From: Lentisphaerota bacterium
GTDB lineage: Bacteria > Verrucomicrobiota > Lentisphaeria > Victivallales > UBA1829
Assembly (NCBI GenBank): GCA_015061845.1
Contig: SUVT01000002.1
Location: forward strand, 4,057 to 68,056
Direction of reading: 5' to 3'
Length of the DNA: 64,000 nt
Of this stretch, positions 1-9,568 are shown piece by piece. Each line of letters opens with the position of its first letter. Position 1 is the stretch's first letter. Made by a program: the position numbers and the translations under genes. Under the pieces are notes generated by a model. The model was given only the letters and a program-made list of their open reading frames with translations. It did not search any database and had not been told where the DNA came from.

Positions 1-726
1 CAAGGTTACCGGACAGGGAAATTCCCGGATCAGCCCCCTGCCCTGCCTGACCGTTTCAACGGACGTCCGGTTCTGGATGCCTCAAAATGTGCCGATTGCG
101 GGGCGTGTAAAAAGGCTTGTCCCGCCAATGCGATCGCAGCTGTCGGAAAAGATCTTTCCATTGATACTGGAAAGTGTATTTTCTGCGGCGACTGTGCGGC
201 GGCATGTAAACAAAATGCCATCACTTTTTCTCAGGAATACCGTCTTGCCAATATGACACGGGAAAAATTGATCGTCCGCTCCGGTGAAATCTATGAACCG
301 GAACGCCCGACCGACCGGGAATTTCTGAGATTCTGCTCAAAGTCTCTCAAGATCCGCCAAATCTCTGCCGGAGGCTGTGCCGCGTGTGAACTGGATTTCA
401 ACGTGCTTGGTACTCTTGCATGGGATATGGGAAGATTCGGGATCCAGGTGGTTGCGTCCCCCCGTCATGCGGACTGTATTCTTGTGACCGGACCGGTCAG
501 CAGAAACATGCTTCTTGCCTTGAAAAAAGGCTATGAAGCAGCACCGCACCCGGTCTGGGTCATTGCCTGCGGAACCTGTGCGATTTCCGGAGGTCTTTAT
601 CAGGACTCCAACGAAACGATGGGCGGGATCGAAGAGATCCTGAAACCGGACTTGTATGTGCCCGGCTGTCCGCCGCATCCAACAACATTACTGGAAGGAA
701 TGCTCCGGCTCATGAACCGGAAGTGA
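1..726 (+). CDS. 4Fe-4S dicluster domain fused to a NuoB/HycG/EchC-like small subunit (group-4 [NiFe]-hydrogenase or complex-I-type module); 5' end cut by window edge
   Basis: Frame 1 has no stop from nt 1 into the listed ORF 253..726. Nt 88-225 translate to CADCGACKKACPANAI...GKCIFCGDCAAACKQNAI (two ferredoxin-type Cys clusters). Downstream GGCAACELDF, ACGTCAISGG and PGCPPHP match the NuoB/HycG Fe-S ligand pattern. Confidence 0.75.
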   Translation, partial: QGYRTGKFPDQPPALPDRFNGRPVLDASKCADCGACKKACPANAIAAVGKDLSIDTGKCIFCGDCAAACKQNAITFSQEYRLANMTREKLIVRSGEIYEPERPTDREFLRFCSKSLKIRQISAGGCAACELDFNVLGTLAWDMGRFGIQVVASPRHADCILVTGPVSRNMLLALKKGYEAAPHPVWVIACGTCAISGGLYQDSNETMGGIEEILKPDLYVPGCPPHPTTLLEGMLRLMNRK

Positions 727-728
727 TT

Positions 729-1697
729 TTATTTCACGCTGTTGCGCCGTATGAATTGGCATGGAAGAACTTCCGGCAGTTCATACGGCTTTTTTTCTAA
801 TTCCGCCAGAACTGCCTGAACTGCCAGTTTTGCTGCTTCAGATAACGGACGGCTGATCGTGCTCAACTCGGGAGTCGTATATTCTGCAGCATGAATATTA
901 TCAAATCCCACCACAGAAAAATCCTCCGGAACTCTCATACCGCTCGTCATACAGTTCTGGATCGTTTTCATTGCAAGAAAATCATTCAGATGAAGCATGG
1001 CAGTACAATCCGGATGTTCCTGTATAAATACGTTCCACTCTTCCACAGGTACATTTCTATACGGCAAACACCAGATATTTTTTTCGGAAACAGCCTCTGC
1101 AAATTCCAGGTACCGCTGATCTTTCGGTTCAAAGTAACGGGTTTGATAGTAGATCCCTGTATGCCCCTGTTTTTTGAGATAATCAATTGCTTCCCGCACA
1201 GCGATCCGGTAATCATACCGGAGCATTTTTCCGGGGAGAGATGCAGAGGAATTCGTATTCAGAATAACAGTCGGAACTGGAAGTTCAGCAATCTGTTCTG
1301 TAACATCCTGATCAAAACACCCACTGACGATTAAAGCATCATAGCCGCGAGCCTGAAATGCCCGGATCTTCTCAAGGGGATGATTAAGATCTGTTGCAAA
1401 CTCAACGATCACACGGTAATTTTCCTCTGCTGCAGCATCGTAGACCTCCAGCATCTCATTCTGAGTTACTTCATTCCGTAAATTTCCGGTAAAATAACCG
1501 ATAATGCGGCTGCGTCCGGTTCGAAGACTCCGGGCAATATCAGAACCATGATAGTCCAACTCTTTCAATGCCCGGTCGATCTTCTCCCGGGTCTGATCCG
1601 ACATTCTGGCACTGGGATGGTGATTCAGGTAATTGGAAACCAGAGCGGTTGAAACTCCTGCACACGCAGCAATATCTTTCAAAGTTACTTTTTTCAT
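729..1697 (-). CDS. LacI/GalR-family transcriptional regulator
   Basis: N-terminal HTH MKKVTLKDIAACAGVSTALVSNYLN...SDIARSLRTGRSR followed by a sugar-binding (PBP type 1) domain. Start moved to the second Met (MKKV), 7 nt after the stop of the preceding CPBP gene. Confidence 0.85.
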   Translation of the reverse strand: MKKVTLKDIAACAGVSTALVSNYLNHHPSARMSDQTREKIDRALKELDYHGSDIARSLRTGRSRIIGYFTGNLRNEVTQNEMLEVYDAAAEENYRVIVEFATDLNHPLEKIRAFQARGYDALIVSGCFDQDVTEQIAELPVPTVILNTNSSASLPGKMLRYDYRIAVREAIDYLKKQGHTGIYYQTRYFEPKDQRYLEFAEAVSEKNIWCLPYRNVPVEEWNVFIQEHPDCTAMLHLNDFLAMKTIQNCMTSGMRVPEDFSVVGFDNIHAAEYTTPELSTISRPLSEAAKLAVQAVLAELEKKPYELPEVLPCQFIRRNSVK

Positions 1698-1704
1698 GTT
1701 CACC

Positions 1705-2388
1705 TCACGTAACATTTAAGATTCCGGTTCTTGCCAGAATCAAGAGAGATAATGAGCACCAATTAAACAGAGAGTGCATCAAAATCACCCGGGTTGCTGA
1801 ACTTTTTGAAAAATGCCATTGCAAGTACAAGGCAAAGAAAAATAATTGAAAGCTTTGCCAGGCGATTCCATGACAAAAAGCAAAAAGCAAAGATGGAATA
1901 AAATAGTACGCCCATTTTTCTTCAGGGAAAACACTTTTGAAAAATCCGCCCGCAACACACCGGAATGCCAGTTCTTCAATAATGGGAGCAACCACACCTG
2001 CGGAAAAGAGGACCAGGATAAATATCCAGACAGGACAATCTGCTGCAAATGAAACGAGGTGCTGCGGTGGCGGCTTCACCCCGAATTTGTGTAATAAAGC
2101 AGTCATCCCGGTAAAAATCAGAAATACAGGAATAGCAGACAATACAGGACCGATATCCTCTTTGGTCAAAGGCTTTAATTCAAGTTTTTTCCACGTCTCA
2201 TTCTTGTAATGTCGCCAACAAGTAATAAAAATCACTATAAGAAAAAAAACCGGAAAAGTAAAAAGCGAAAACAGAAGTTTCAGATTTTCATTGGGAATGA
2301 ATGCTGATGGCGGCAGACAAAATAAAACGGCTCCACCGATCAACGTTGCCGGAAAGGCTGATTGCAGCCACTTATCATCTTGATTCAT
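1705..2388 (-). CDS. CPBP (CAAX/Abi) family intramembrane metalloprotease
   Basis: Multi-TM protein with IIEELAFRCV (EExxxR), FAFCHG (FxxxH) and HSLFN motifs characteristic of the CPBP family. Confidence 0.75.
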   Translation of the reverse strand: MNQDDKWLQSAFPATLIGGAVLFCLPPSAFIPNENLKLLFSLFTFPVFFLIVIFITCWRHYKNETWKKLELKPLTKEDIGPVLSAIPVFLIFTGMTALLHKFGVKPPPQHLVSFAADCPVWIFILVLFSAGVVAPIIEELAFRCVAGGFFKSVFPEEKWAYYFIPSLLFAFCHGIAWQSFQLFFFALYLQWHFSKSSATRVILMHSLFNWCSLSLLILARTGILNVT

Positions 2389-3106
2389 GATCGGTTAAAC
2401 CTTCCGGTGTTGCTTGGGCATCCTTTTTTATCTCATCAGCAGGCTGAGTATTTTTCAATGAGGAATCAAGATCTTCCACTTCAGGAGGAGCGTTCGGCAG
2501 AGCTTCTTTTTCCGGAGAAACTGACGGGATCTTTTCTTCTGTCTTGATCTTACTCTTTACAGGGGTTCCGGATTTATCAAAAGCATTGGAATTTGTACGG
2601 ACACTGGAACCTGTTCCGCCATGATCGATCAAATCCAGACAGACCAAGATATAATGTTTGACTTTGATCCGGAGGAGATTCTGGTCTCCCTTGGAGGCAT
2701 CCCCGGAGTCCGTCATACAGATTCTCCGGAGTTCTGTTCTGCATCCTTTGAAATCAGTAGCAATAACAATCACCCCGGCAACCAGCAGTGCCAGCAGAAA
2801 CAGAAGCAATTCCAGAAGCCATCTTTTCAACCCGTTTCCGGAAGATCCATCCGAAGAATGCTCAACACTGCGAACCGGTTTCAAAGGTTCATTATTTGAA
2901 CTGTCTTCATCGGTATCCTCTCCGGGATCTCTATTTTCAGAGAAACAGTCGATCAGAAAGTCTTCCTCTTCCTCAGAAAAAGAGGTTTTATCTGCAGCAA
3001 CAGAAGAAGCTGTCTCTTCAGAATTTTTCGCAAAGAGACAGCCGCAAAAAGGACACTCTTCATAGGTCTCAGGGACCTTTCCACTGCATTCCGGACAAGT
3101 TTTCAT
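2375..3106 (-). CDS. zinc-ribbon membrane protein, function unknown
   Basis: N-terminal CPECSGKVPETYEECPFCGC zinc ribbon, acidic linker, one TM helix (WLLELLLFLLALLVAGVIVIA) and a C-terminal domain with no family I recognise. Overlaps the CPBP gene start by 14 nt. Confidence 0.5.
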   Translation of the reverse strand: MKTCPECSGKVPETYEECPFCGCLFAKNSEETASSVAADKTSFSEEEEDFLIDCFSENRDPGEDTDEDSSNNEPLKPVRSVEHSSDGSSGNGLKRWLLELLLFLLALLVAGVIVIATDFKGCRTELRRICMTDSGDASKGDQNLLRIKVKHYILVCLDLIDHGGTGSSVRTNSNAFDKSGTPVKSKIKTEEKIPSVSPEKEALPNAPPEVEDLDSSLKNTQPADEIKKDAQATPEGLTDHESR

Positions 3107-3111
3107 TATTT

Positions 3112-4074
3112 TTATTTAGCCGGGGGAAGAGATAATTCAGTTGCGTTGATCGGAGACGGTTCAGGATCCAACTGTTCGATTTCTTCCATCTTTACAGGAG
3201 ACGGCGCAGGGGGAACATTGGATGAATCATCTTTGAACAATGAAATCACAACAATAACAATGACAGTGAGAATGACAGAGAACAGCACGACACCTGCAAC
3301 AGTGATCCAGCGGCGGAACTTTTCCTGTTCATCTTTATTGATAATGGCATGTTCCGGCAAACGGTCATACACATCATCCGGAGGACGGCAGGCAGTACAG
3401 TACGCAGCAGCTTTTTTCTGAGCAATTTCACGGGCATCATTTTCCAGGTTATAGAAGGAACACAAAGCTCTGACATAGGCTCCGGGGAAAGATCCGGAAG
3501 GCAGCTTGTCGAACTCATCACTTTCGATTGCCATAAGGAACCGTTCATTGATTTTCGTTCCTTCATAAACATTTTCAGGCGTAAACCCGGATTTTTCACG
3601 TGCATAAGCCATCAATGAGCCCAGAGACATTGCTTCCAAATCGCCGGAAAGGGCAATCTTTGCAGCAGGGATCGTATATGTGGGTTCCGGGATGACTTCT
3701 TCCTGTTTGAATATATCCTCAGCGAACGGAGGATTGGGTTCCTGACTGGGTGCAGGAGCTTCTTCAAAATCTGCTGATTTATTGTCTGTTTCAACATATT
3801 CAGCTGGAATATCATTCTGAGGTTCTGCGGGAATTTCATCAGTTTCATTCTCCGGCAGGTTATCAAACTCCTGAAAATCATCCAGAGAAACCGGTTCATC
3901 ATCTTCTGTTGAATCATCAAACAGGGGTTTCACAAAAACAGCATCTCCGGGGTCTGAAAAATCATTATCAAAAAGAGGTTTTCCGGCAGGAACAGGTTCT
4001 TCAGAACCGAACAGAGATCTGGCGGAGGATTCACCGTAAAGATCGGTCTGCTTATTTTTTTCTTCATTTATCAT
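3112..4074 (-). CDS. RodZ-like helix-turn-helix membrane protein with long acidic N-terminal extension
   Basis: LGSLMAYAREKSGFTPENVYEGTKINERFLMAIESDEFDKLPSGSFPGAYVRALCSFY resembles the RodZ/HTH_25 domain, followed by a single TM helix (WITVAGVVLFSVILTVIVIVVISLF). GAGGGA RBS upstream. Confidence 0.55.
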   Translation of the reverse strand: MINEEKNKQTDLYGESSARSLFGSEEPVPAGKPLFDNDFSDPGDAVFVKPLFDDSTEDDEPVSLDDFQEFDNLPENETDEIPAEPQNDIPAEYVETDNKSADFEEAPAPSQEPNPPFAEDIFKQEEVIPEPTYTIPAAKIALSGDLEAMSLGSLMAYAREKSGFTPENVYEGTKINERFLMAIESDEFDKLPSGSFPGAYVRALCSFYNLENDAREIAQKKAAAYCTACRPPDDVYDRLPEHAIINKDEQEKFRRWITVAGVVLFSVILTVIVIVVISLFKDDSSNVPPAPSPVKMEEIEQLDPEPSPINATELSLPPAK

Positions 4075-4092
4075 GTTATTCCCTCTGAGTAT

Positions 4093-6702
4093 TTAAATGT
4101 TGTTAGTTTCAAGGAGTTCATCCAGGATCAGGATATCGCGTTTCTGTCCACCCGGAAGCGGTGCGCTCACGATTCCCCTGTGTTCCAGCTCATCTATCAG
4201 TTCGGCAGATTTATTATAGCCGATCCCCAATCTGCGCTGGAGATAGGATGTGCTGACCCGTTTTTCTTCCAGAATGATTTCCAGAGCCCTGCGCATCAAG
4301 TCATTATCGCCGGGCTTCATGTACCGGCTCACGATGGAGCGGACAGCAGAGGACGACGGGGCATGGAGAGATGTTTCATGAAGCTCATCATCTTCCATTG
4401 CTGCCGCTATATCCTTTCTGGAAGACTGCGGAATATTGGTATCAACGACTTCTGCTTCTGCAACGACCTGACTGTCAAAGTTCTGAGGTCTCTGAACACG
4501 GATAAAGTCAACAACACGCTGGATTTCCGGGTCTTCGACCAATGTTCCCTGAACACGTTCCAACCCTTCCCCGCCGGGAGCCATGAAGAGCATGTCTCCG
4601 TTGCCAAGCAGACTTTCAGCACCCATACAGTCAAGGATCACACGGCTGTCGATACCGGATGTCACGCGGAATGCGATCTTCGTGGGCAGGTTTGCTTTGA
4701 TCAAACCGGTGATAACATCCTTTCTGGGAGTCTGAGTTGCAATCACAAGGTGAATTCCGGCAGCACGACCTTTCTGTGCAATACGGCAGATGGAGGTTTC
4801 CACATCCTTCTTGGCTTCGGTCATCATGATATCAGCCAACTCGTCAATGATAACAACGAGCAGCGGAAGTTTTGCGGGAACCGGATTGCCATCGTCATCA
4901 ATTTCAGGAGTGTCAGGAACGGCACGGCTGTTGAATGCCTTGAGGTTCTTTGCCTTCACAGATGCAAGAAGACGGTAACGGCGTTCCATTTCATTATCAG
5001 CCCAGCGCAATGCAAGAGGAACCTGTTTCGGATCGTTCACCACGGGAGTGATCAAGTGGGGAATCGGACGGTACATTGCAAGTTCCACATGTTTCGGGTC
5101 AACAAGAATCAAACGCAGATCATCAGGGGAGAACTTCTGCAGCAAACTCATGATAAGTGAATTCATACACACACTTTTACCGCTGCCTGTAGAACCGGCG
5201 ATAAGAAGGTGGGGCGCTTTGGCAAGGTTGGCGATCACTGTTCTGCCAGCCACATCACGACCGAGAACGATAGGAATACTGCTGGCATTTCCAGTGGCGT
5301 TCTGCCATGCTTCTGATTCAAACAAAGACCGGATATAAACGATACTGGAATTCTTGTTCGGAACTTCCACACCGATATTTCCTTCTCCGGGGATCGGAGC
5401 AAGAATACGGACACTGTCGGCTTTCATTTCCATTGCGATGTTATTCTGCAGCTGCGTAACAAGCCCGACTTTCACACCGGGTTCCAGCTCAATCACAAAG
5501 CGGGTAACGCGGGGACCGACAACTGCCCGGACAACTCTGCCGGCAACATTGAAGCTTTCCAGAACAGACTGAAGGACATTCTGAGAATGTTCCAGGTGGG
5601 AAGTATCTTCTGTATTGATAACCTTCGGTTCATCAAACAATGTAATTGGAGGAAGCATATAATCCAGACTTCCGGCTGCATCGCTGCCGCCATCCCCACG
5701 CATTTGGGCTGTAATTGCAGAAGGTGCAGCAGATCCGTTCTGAGCATTCACCACAGCCATTGCCGGAGTATTCTGAGCTCTGCGCTGCGGACGGGGCGGA
5801 GGAAGATCTTCCGGAGCGAGAGTCTCCTCTTCAGGAACAGAGGAAAGTTGAGACTGAGCCTGAATTTCTTCTGTTTCTCCGTTTTCTTCCTCTTCAGGTT
5901 CGACTCGGTATGGAGCTCTTTTTCTGCGGGGCGGAGGAGGAGGCAAATCTTCCTCAACGTCTTCTTCCGCCTCATCATCCTCATTTTCGTCTGAAGATTT
6001 TTTCTTTTTATCATCGTCTTCATCATCTTCATCATCTTCATCATCTTTTTCATCATCGCTGCCGAAAATACTGAAGGATTTCTTTTTTCCACCATTACCG
6101 GAGAATCGTTCTGCAAAGAATTGCTTCCAATCAGAAAGGATGATGAAAAGCAACCCGGTAAAAAGGAAAGCGGATGCAATAACAAGAGTACCGATTTCAC
6201 CGATCTCACGACGAACCAATCCGGAGGGGTAGAATTTTGTTTCAGGTGCAGCGATCAACTGACCGATGGCTCCGCCTGACAGAGCAAGTTTCTGAACAGC
6301 CGCCTCTGCACGTCCAATGCCGAGATTTGCTGTAATTCCGGCAAAGGGTTCCGGGTAGATCCCGAAAATAATTGTCAAACCGAACAATACACTGAACAAC
6401 GCCCAAACATACCCGCTCCGATCTGGTTCCGGAGCAAAAAAAGACCGGAGAACACTGATAAGAAGAAGGAAAAACATTGGGTAAACTACGACCCCGAACA
6501 GGTAAAAGGACCACTTGGAAATCCAAGCTCCGACTCTTCCGATATAGTTGAAAAAATGACCGGTTGCACCGCCGTCCAGAACGGCAATATCGTGCAAGTT
6601 GTGGGAATAAATTGCAAGACCATACAAAATGAGCAGGACAAGGTATACGACAGACCGGACCTTGAACGTGCTTTTCCTACTCTTATTTTCATTATTTTTC
6701 AT
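4093..6702 (-). CDS. ftsK: DNA translocase FtsK/SpoIIIE
   Basis: N-terminal TM helices and an acidic/Pro-rich linker. Motor domain with Walker A GSTGSGKS and Walker B LLVVIIDELAD, plus a C-terminal gamma winged helix (STSYLQRRLGIGYNKSAELIDELE). Start set at MKNNEN (6702), which is preceded by GGAGGA. Confidence 0.9.
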   Translation of the reverse strand: MKNNENKSRKSTFKVRSVVYLVLLILYGLAIYSHNLHDIAVLDGGATGHFFNYIGRVGAWISKWSFYLFGVVVYPMFFLLLISVLRSFFAPEPDRSGYVWALFSVLFGLTIIFGIYPEPFAGITANLGIGRAEAAVQKLALSGGAIGQLIAAPETKFYPSGLVRREIGEIGTLVIASAFLFTGLLFIILSDWKQFFAERFSGNGGKKKSFSIFGSDDEKDDEDDEDDEDDDKKKKSSDENEDDEAEEDVEEDLPPPPPRRKRAPYRVEPEEEENGETEEIQAQSQLSSVPEEETLAPEDLPPPRPQRRAQNTPAMAVVNAQNGSAAPSAITAQMRGDGGSDAAGSLDYMLPPITLFDEPKVINTEDTSHLEHSQNVLQSVLESFNVAGRVVRAVVGPRVTRFVIELEPGVKVGLVTQLQNNIAMEMKADSVRILAPIPGEGNIGVEVPNKNSSIVYIRSLFESEAWQNATGNASSIPIVLGRDVAGRTVIANLAKAPHLLIAGSTGSGKSVCMNSLIMSLLQKFSPDDLRLILVDPKHVELAMYRPIPHLITPVVNDPKQVPLALRWADNEMERRYRLLASVKAKNLKAFNSRAVPDTPEIDDDGNPVPAKLPLLVVIIDELADIMMTEAKKDVETSICRIAQKGRAAGIHLVIATQTPRKDVITGLIKANLPTKIAFRVTSGIDSRVILDCMGAESLLGNGDMLFMAPGGEGLERVQGTLVEDPEIQRVVDFIRVQRPQNFDSQVVAEAEVVDTNIPQSSRKDIAAAMEDDELHETSLHAPSSSAVRSIVSRYMKPGDNDLMRRALEIILEEKRVSTSYLQRRLGIGYNKSAELIDELEHRGIVSAPLPGGQKRDILILDELLETNNI

Positions 6703-6825
6703 AAAAAATCCTCCATATACCGAAAGATACTTCAAAAGTGAAAATATTCAAGCCCGTTTTTTACTTTATTTTAAAGAAAGTTTTTAAAAATTTCAGTTTC
6801 TTTCAACTTTTCATCCGGAATGCGT

Positions 6826-6854
6826 TTGAAATCTGCCCATTTTGAGTATATATT
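6826..6854 (+). promoter_or_regulatory. candidate sigma70-type promoter of uxaC (TTGAAA-17-TATATT)
   Basis: TTGAAA at 6826-6831, 17-nt spacer, TATATT at 6849-6854, about 55 nt upstream of the uxaC ATG. Confidence 0.4.
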
Positions 6855-6908
6855 GTCCTAAAACACAAACATTGTGAAACATTACAAAAAAATTATGGAG
6901 TTGGGAAC

Positions 6909-8276
6909 ATGGCATTCCTTGATGACAAGTATTTGTTGGGCTCTGAATCAGCTTTGGGTATTTTCTCAAAAATTCAGAATCTCCCTATCGTAGATCCTCA
7001 CAACCATGCAGACGTTGCAGAGATTGCAAGAAATACAAAATATTCTGATCCCTGGCAGGTTTTTGCAGCAACCGACCACTACGTTTGGGAAGTTATGCGG
7101 AAACGCGAAGTCCCCGAAAATCTGATCACCGGTTCTGCAACCCCGAAAGAAAAATGGATGGCTCTGGCTAAAGTTATGCCGGAAATCGCAGGAAACCCTG
7201 TCTTTGAATGGATCCATCTTGACCTCCGCAGAAGATTCGGAATCGAAAGAATTCTTACAACAGAAACAGCTGAAGATATGTGGGAAGAAGTAAAAGCTGC
7301 TCTTGCAGTTCCCTCAAAGTATCCCCAGGCTCTTCTGAAAGAAATGAACGTGGAAGTCATGTGCTCAACAGATGACCCCATCGATACACTGGAAAATCAT
7401 GGTATCGTCAATGACTCCGTCAAACGCACCCTGATCCGCCCCACCTGGCGTCCGGACAAATCCAAACGCATCCAGAAAAAAGATTGGAAAGAATATATCC
7501 AGAAACTTTCCGACCGTTTCCAGATCAAGATCGATTCTGTCGGAAAACTCGTGGAAGCAATGAAGCTCTCCCACAAATACTTTGAAGAACACGGCTGCCG
7601 TGCCAGCGACCATGACACGCCCTTTGTCTGCCCCTGTACTGCAACAGAAGCAGAAGCCGATGCAATCTTCCAGAAAGCTATGGCTGGAAAAGAGATCTCC
7701 AATGCAGATTTTGCTGTTTATGCAGATTATCTGACTGCCCGCTATGCAGAAATGGATGCAGAAGCAGGCTGGGTTTACCAGATGCACATCGGTGTCCGCC
7801 GCGATGTCCGCGATATCATCACCAATACCCTCGGACCTGATGCCGGCGGAGACGTTTCCGATCACTGGGTCGATATCGTGATGCCTCTCTGCAGCTTCCT
7901 CAACCACACCGATGAAAAACTCAAAGTCGTTCTCTATACCCTTGAACCGGCTCATACATCATCCCTCGCAACCGTCGCACGTGCATTCGGAAGCAAGGTC
8001 CGTCTCGGTTCCGCATGGTGGCTGAACGATACCCCAATCGGAATGAAGCGTCAGCTGGAATACATCGGCAGCGTTGATGTCTGGTATGACTTTGCCGGTA
8101 TGGTTTCCGACTCCCGGAAGATCTGTTCCTACGCATCCCGTTTTGAAATGTTCCGCCGCGTCCTGGCAGATGTTCTCGGGGATGCCGTGGAAATGGGTAA
8201 ACTGCCCTACGTTTACGCAGAAAATCTGGCAGTCAAAATGGCTTATGAAGAACCGAAGGCTTTCTTCAATCTTTAA
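6909..8276 (+). CDS. uxaC: glucuronate isomerase (uronate isomerase)
   Basis: 455-aa ORF beginning MAFLDDKYLL...IVDPHNHADV. Length and N-terminal HxH metal motif are typical of UxaC. Confidence 0.88.
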   Translation: MAFLDDKYLLGSESALGIFSKIQNLPIVDPHNHADVAEIARNTKYSDPWQVFAATDHYVWEVMRKREVPENLITGSATPKEKWMALAKVMPEIAGNPVFEWIHLDLRRRFGIERILTTETAEDMWEEVKAALAVPSKYPQALLKEMNVEVMCSTDDPIDTLENHGIVNDSVKRTLIRPTWRPDKSKRIQKKDWKEYIQKLSDRFQIKIDSVGKLVEAMKLSHKYFEEHGCRASDHDTPFVCPCTATEAEADAIFQKAMAGKEISNADFAVYADYLTARYAEMDAEAGWVYQMHIGVRRDVRDIITNTLGPDAGGDVSDHWVDIVMPLCSFLNHTDEKLKVVLYTLEPAHTSSLATVARAFGSKVRLGSAWWLNDTPIGMKRQLEYIGSVDVWYDFAGMVSDSRKICSYASRFEMFRRVLADVLGDAVEMGKLPYVYAENLAVKMAYEEPKAFFNL

Positions 8277-8331
8277 GAATTGCAAACCCTTAACTCTGCG
8301 AAAGCAGATCATAACATAAAGGAAAGACAAA

Positions 8332-9117
8332 ATGGAAGTAATCGTCAGACCCACAGCTAAAAGCGCAGAAGAACTGACAGCTAAGATCATCGCTGCCGAA
8401 CTCATCAAAAAGCCGAACATGACCCTCGGTCTTGCTACCGGCCGTACCATGGAAAGACTTTATGACCTCCTCGGTCAGAAATGCAAGAACGAAGGACTTG
8501 ACTTCTCCCTTTGCAAGACTTTCAACCTCGACGAATATGTCGGACTTGCTCCCGAAGATCCCAACTCCTATCGCTACTACATGAACAAGAACCTCTTTGA
8601 AAAGATCAATATCGATATGCGCAATACCCATGTCGAAAACGGCATCGCTGAAGATCTCGACGAAGAATGCGCACGTTATGAAGAAATGATCAAAGAAGCA
8701 GGCGGACTTGACCTCCAGCTCCTCGGTATCGGACGCAGCGGACATATCGGTTTCAACGAACCCCTCTCCCCCCTCACATCCCGCACCCGCATGGTTCCCC
8801 TGACAAAAGTCACCTACGAACAGAACAGCCCCCTCTTTGAAAATCCCGAAGATATGCCCATGCTCGCTATGACAATGGGTGTCGGTACCATTCTCGAAGC
8901 CAAGAAGCTCGTTATGCTCGTCACCGGTGCTGAAAAGGCTGATATCATTGCAAAAGCAATCGAAGGTCCTGTCACAAGCATGATCTCCGGTTCTGCTATC
9001 CAGTTCCACCCCGATTGCGTTGTCATCCTCGATGAAGAAGCAGCTGCTAAACTCGAAGGAAAAGAAGACTACGCTTTCGCAGTCAAGAACAGCCCCAAAT
9101 ACAAAGATTTCCTTTGA
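8332..9117 (+). CDS. nagB: glucosamine-6-phosphate deaminase
   Basis: 261 aa with GLATGRT and LLGIGRSGHIGFNEP motifs of the NagB family. Confidence 0.88.
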   Translation: MEVIVRPTAKSAEELTAKIIAAELIKKPNMTLGLATGRTMERLYDLLGQKCKNEGLDFSLCKTFNLDEYVGLAPEDPNSYRYYMNKNLFEKINIDMRNTHVENGIAEDLDEECARYEEMIKEAGGLDLQLLGIGRSGHIGFNEPLSPLTSRTRMVPLTKVTYEQNSPLFENPEDMPMLAMTMGVGTILEAKKLVMLVTGAEKADIIAKAIEGPVTSMISGSAIQFHPDCVVILDEEAAAKLEGKEDYAFAVKNSPKYKDFL

Positions 9118-9140
9118 TCTGAGCCTGTTCTCTGATAATA

Positions 9141-9177
9141 AAAATGCGGTCCCCATTCACGGAGACCGCATTTTTTT
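9141..9177. terminator. bidirectional rho-independent terminator between convergent nagB and the six-gene operon
   Basis: AAAAA-GCGGTCCCC-attcac-GGAGACCGC-ATTTTTTT: a 9-bp stem (one mismatch) flanked by an A-run and a T-run. Confidence 0.6.
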
Positions 9178-9554
9178 CACTCCTCCCAAATACACTGCTC
9201 CAACAGTGCTTTGACCTCCTCCGGCACAGTCTTCATGAACGCCACAAAGACCGGATCATCCTCTGCCAGATAGTTGGCAGCAAAGAACTGATCCAGATAC
9301 CCAGCGACCTCAAGCCGTGTCCTGTACCCCTCCCACTCTTCTCCCAGAGTGCGGATGATCTTCAAGGTGCTGTACTTCTTCGGCAGCTCAACAGGCTTCG
9401 GCTGATACGGCTCAAGCTCTTCCGGTGTCCGCAAGACAAAACCATTTTCAACCAGCCATTTTTCGTTTTTATCCACATTGAACATCCCTCTTGCCTTGTC
9501 ATTCTTCGGAGGATAAACGATCCTTCCGTCTTCGATTTTCGCCCAAATCTTCAT
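9177..9554 (-). CDS. hypothetical small acidic protein (gene 6 of orphan operon)
   Basis: 125-aa ORF with AAGGAGA RBS, 14 nt after the repeat-protein gene. No signal peptide and no recognisable motif. Confidence 0.6.
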   Translation of the reverse strand: MKIWAKIEDGRIVYPPKNDKARGMFNVDKNEKWLVENGFVLRTPEELEPYQPKPVELPKKYSTLKIIRTLGEEWEGYRTRLEVAGYLDQFFAANYLAEDDPVFVAFMKTVPEEVKALLEQCIWEE

Positions 9555-9568
9555 ATTGAAATTCTCCT

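Noticed and set aside
6860-6890. Possible uxaC operator (CACAA-aca-TTGTG and the direct repeat AAACATT x2).
   Set aside because: The arms are only 5 bp in an AT-rich context and show no resemblance to the clear TGCCAACGTTGGCA operator. This is too weak to call without comparative data.
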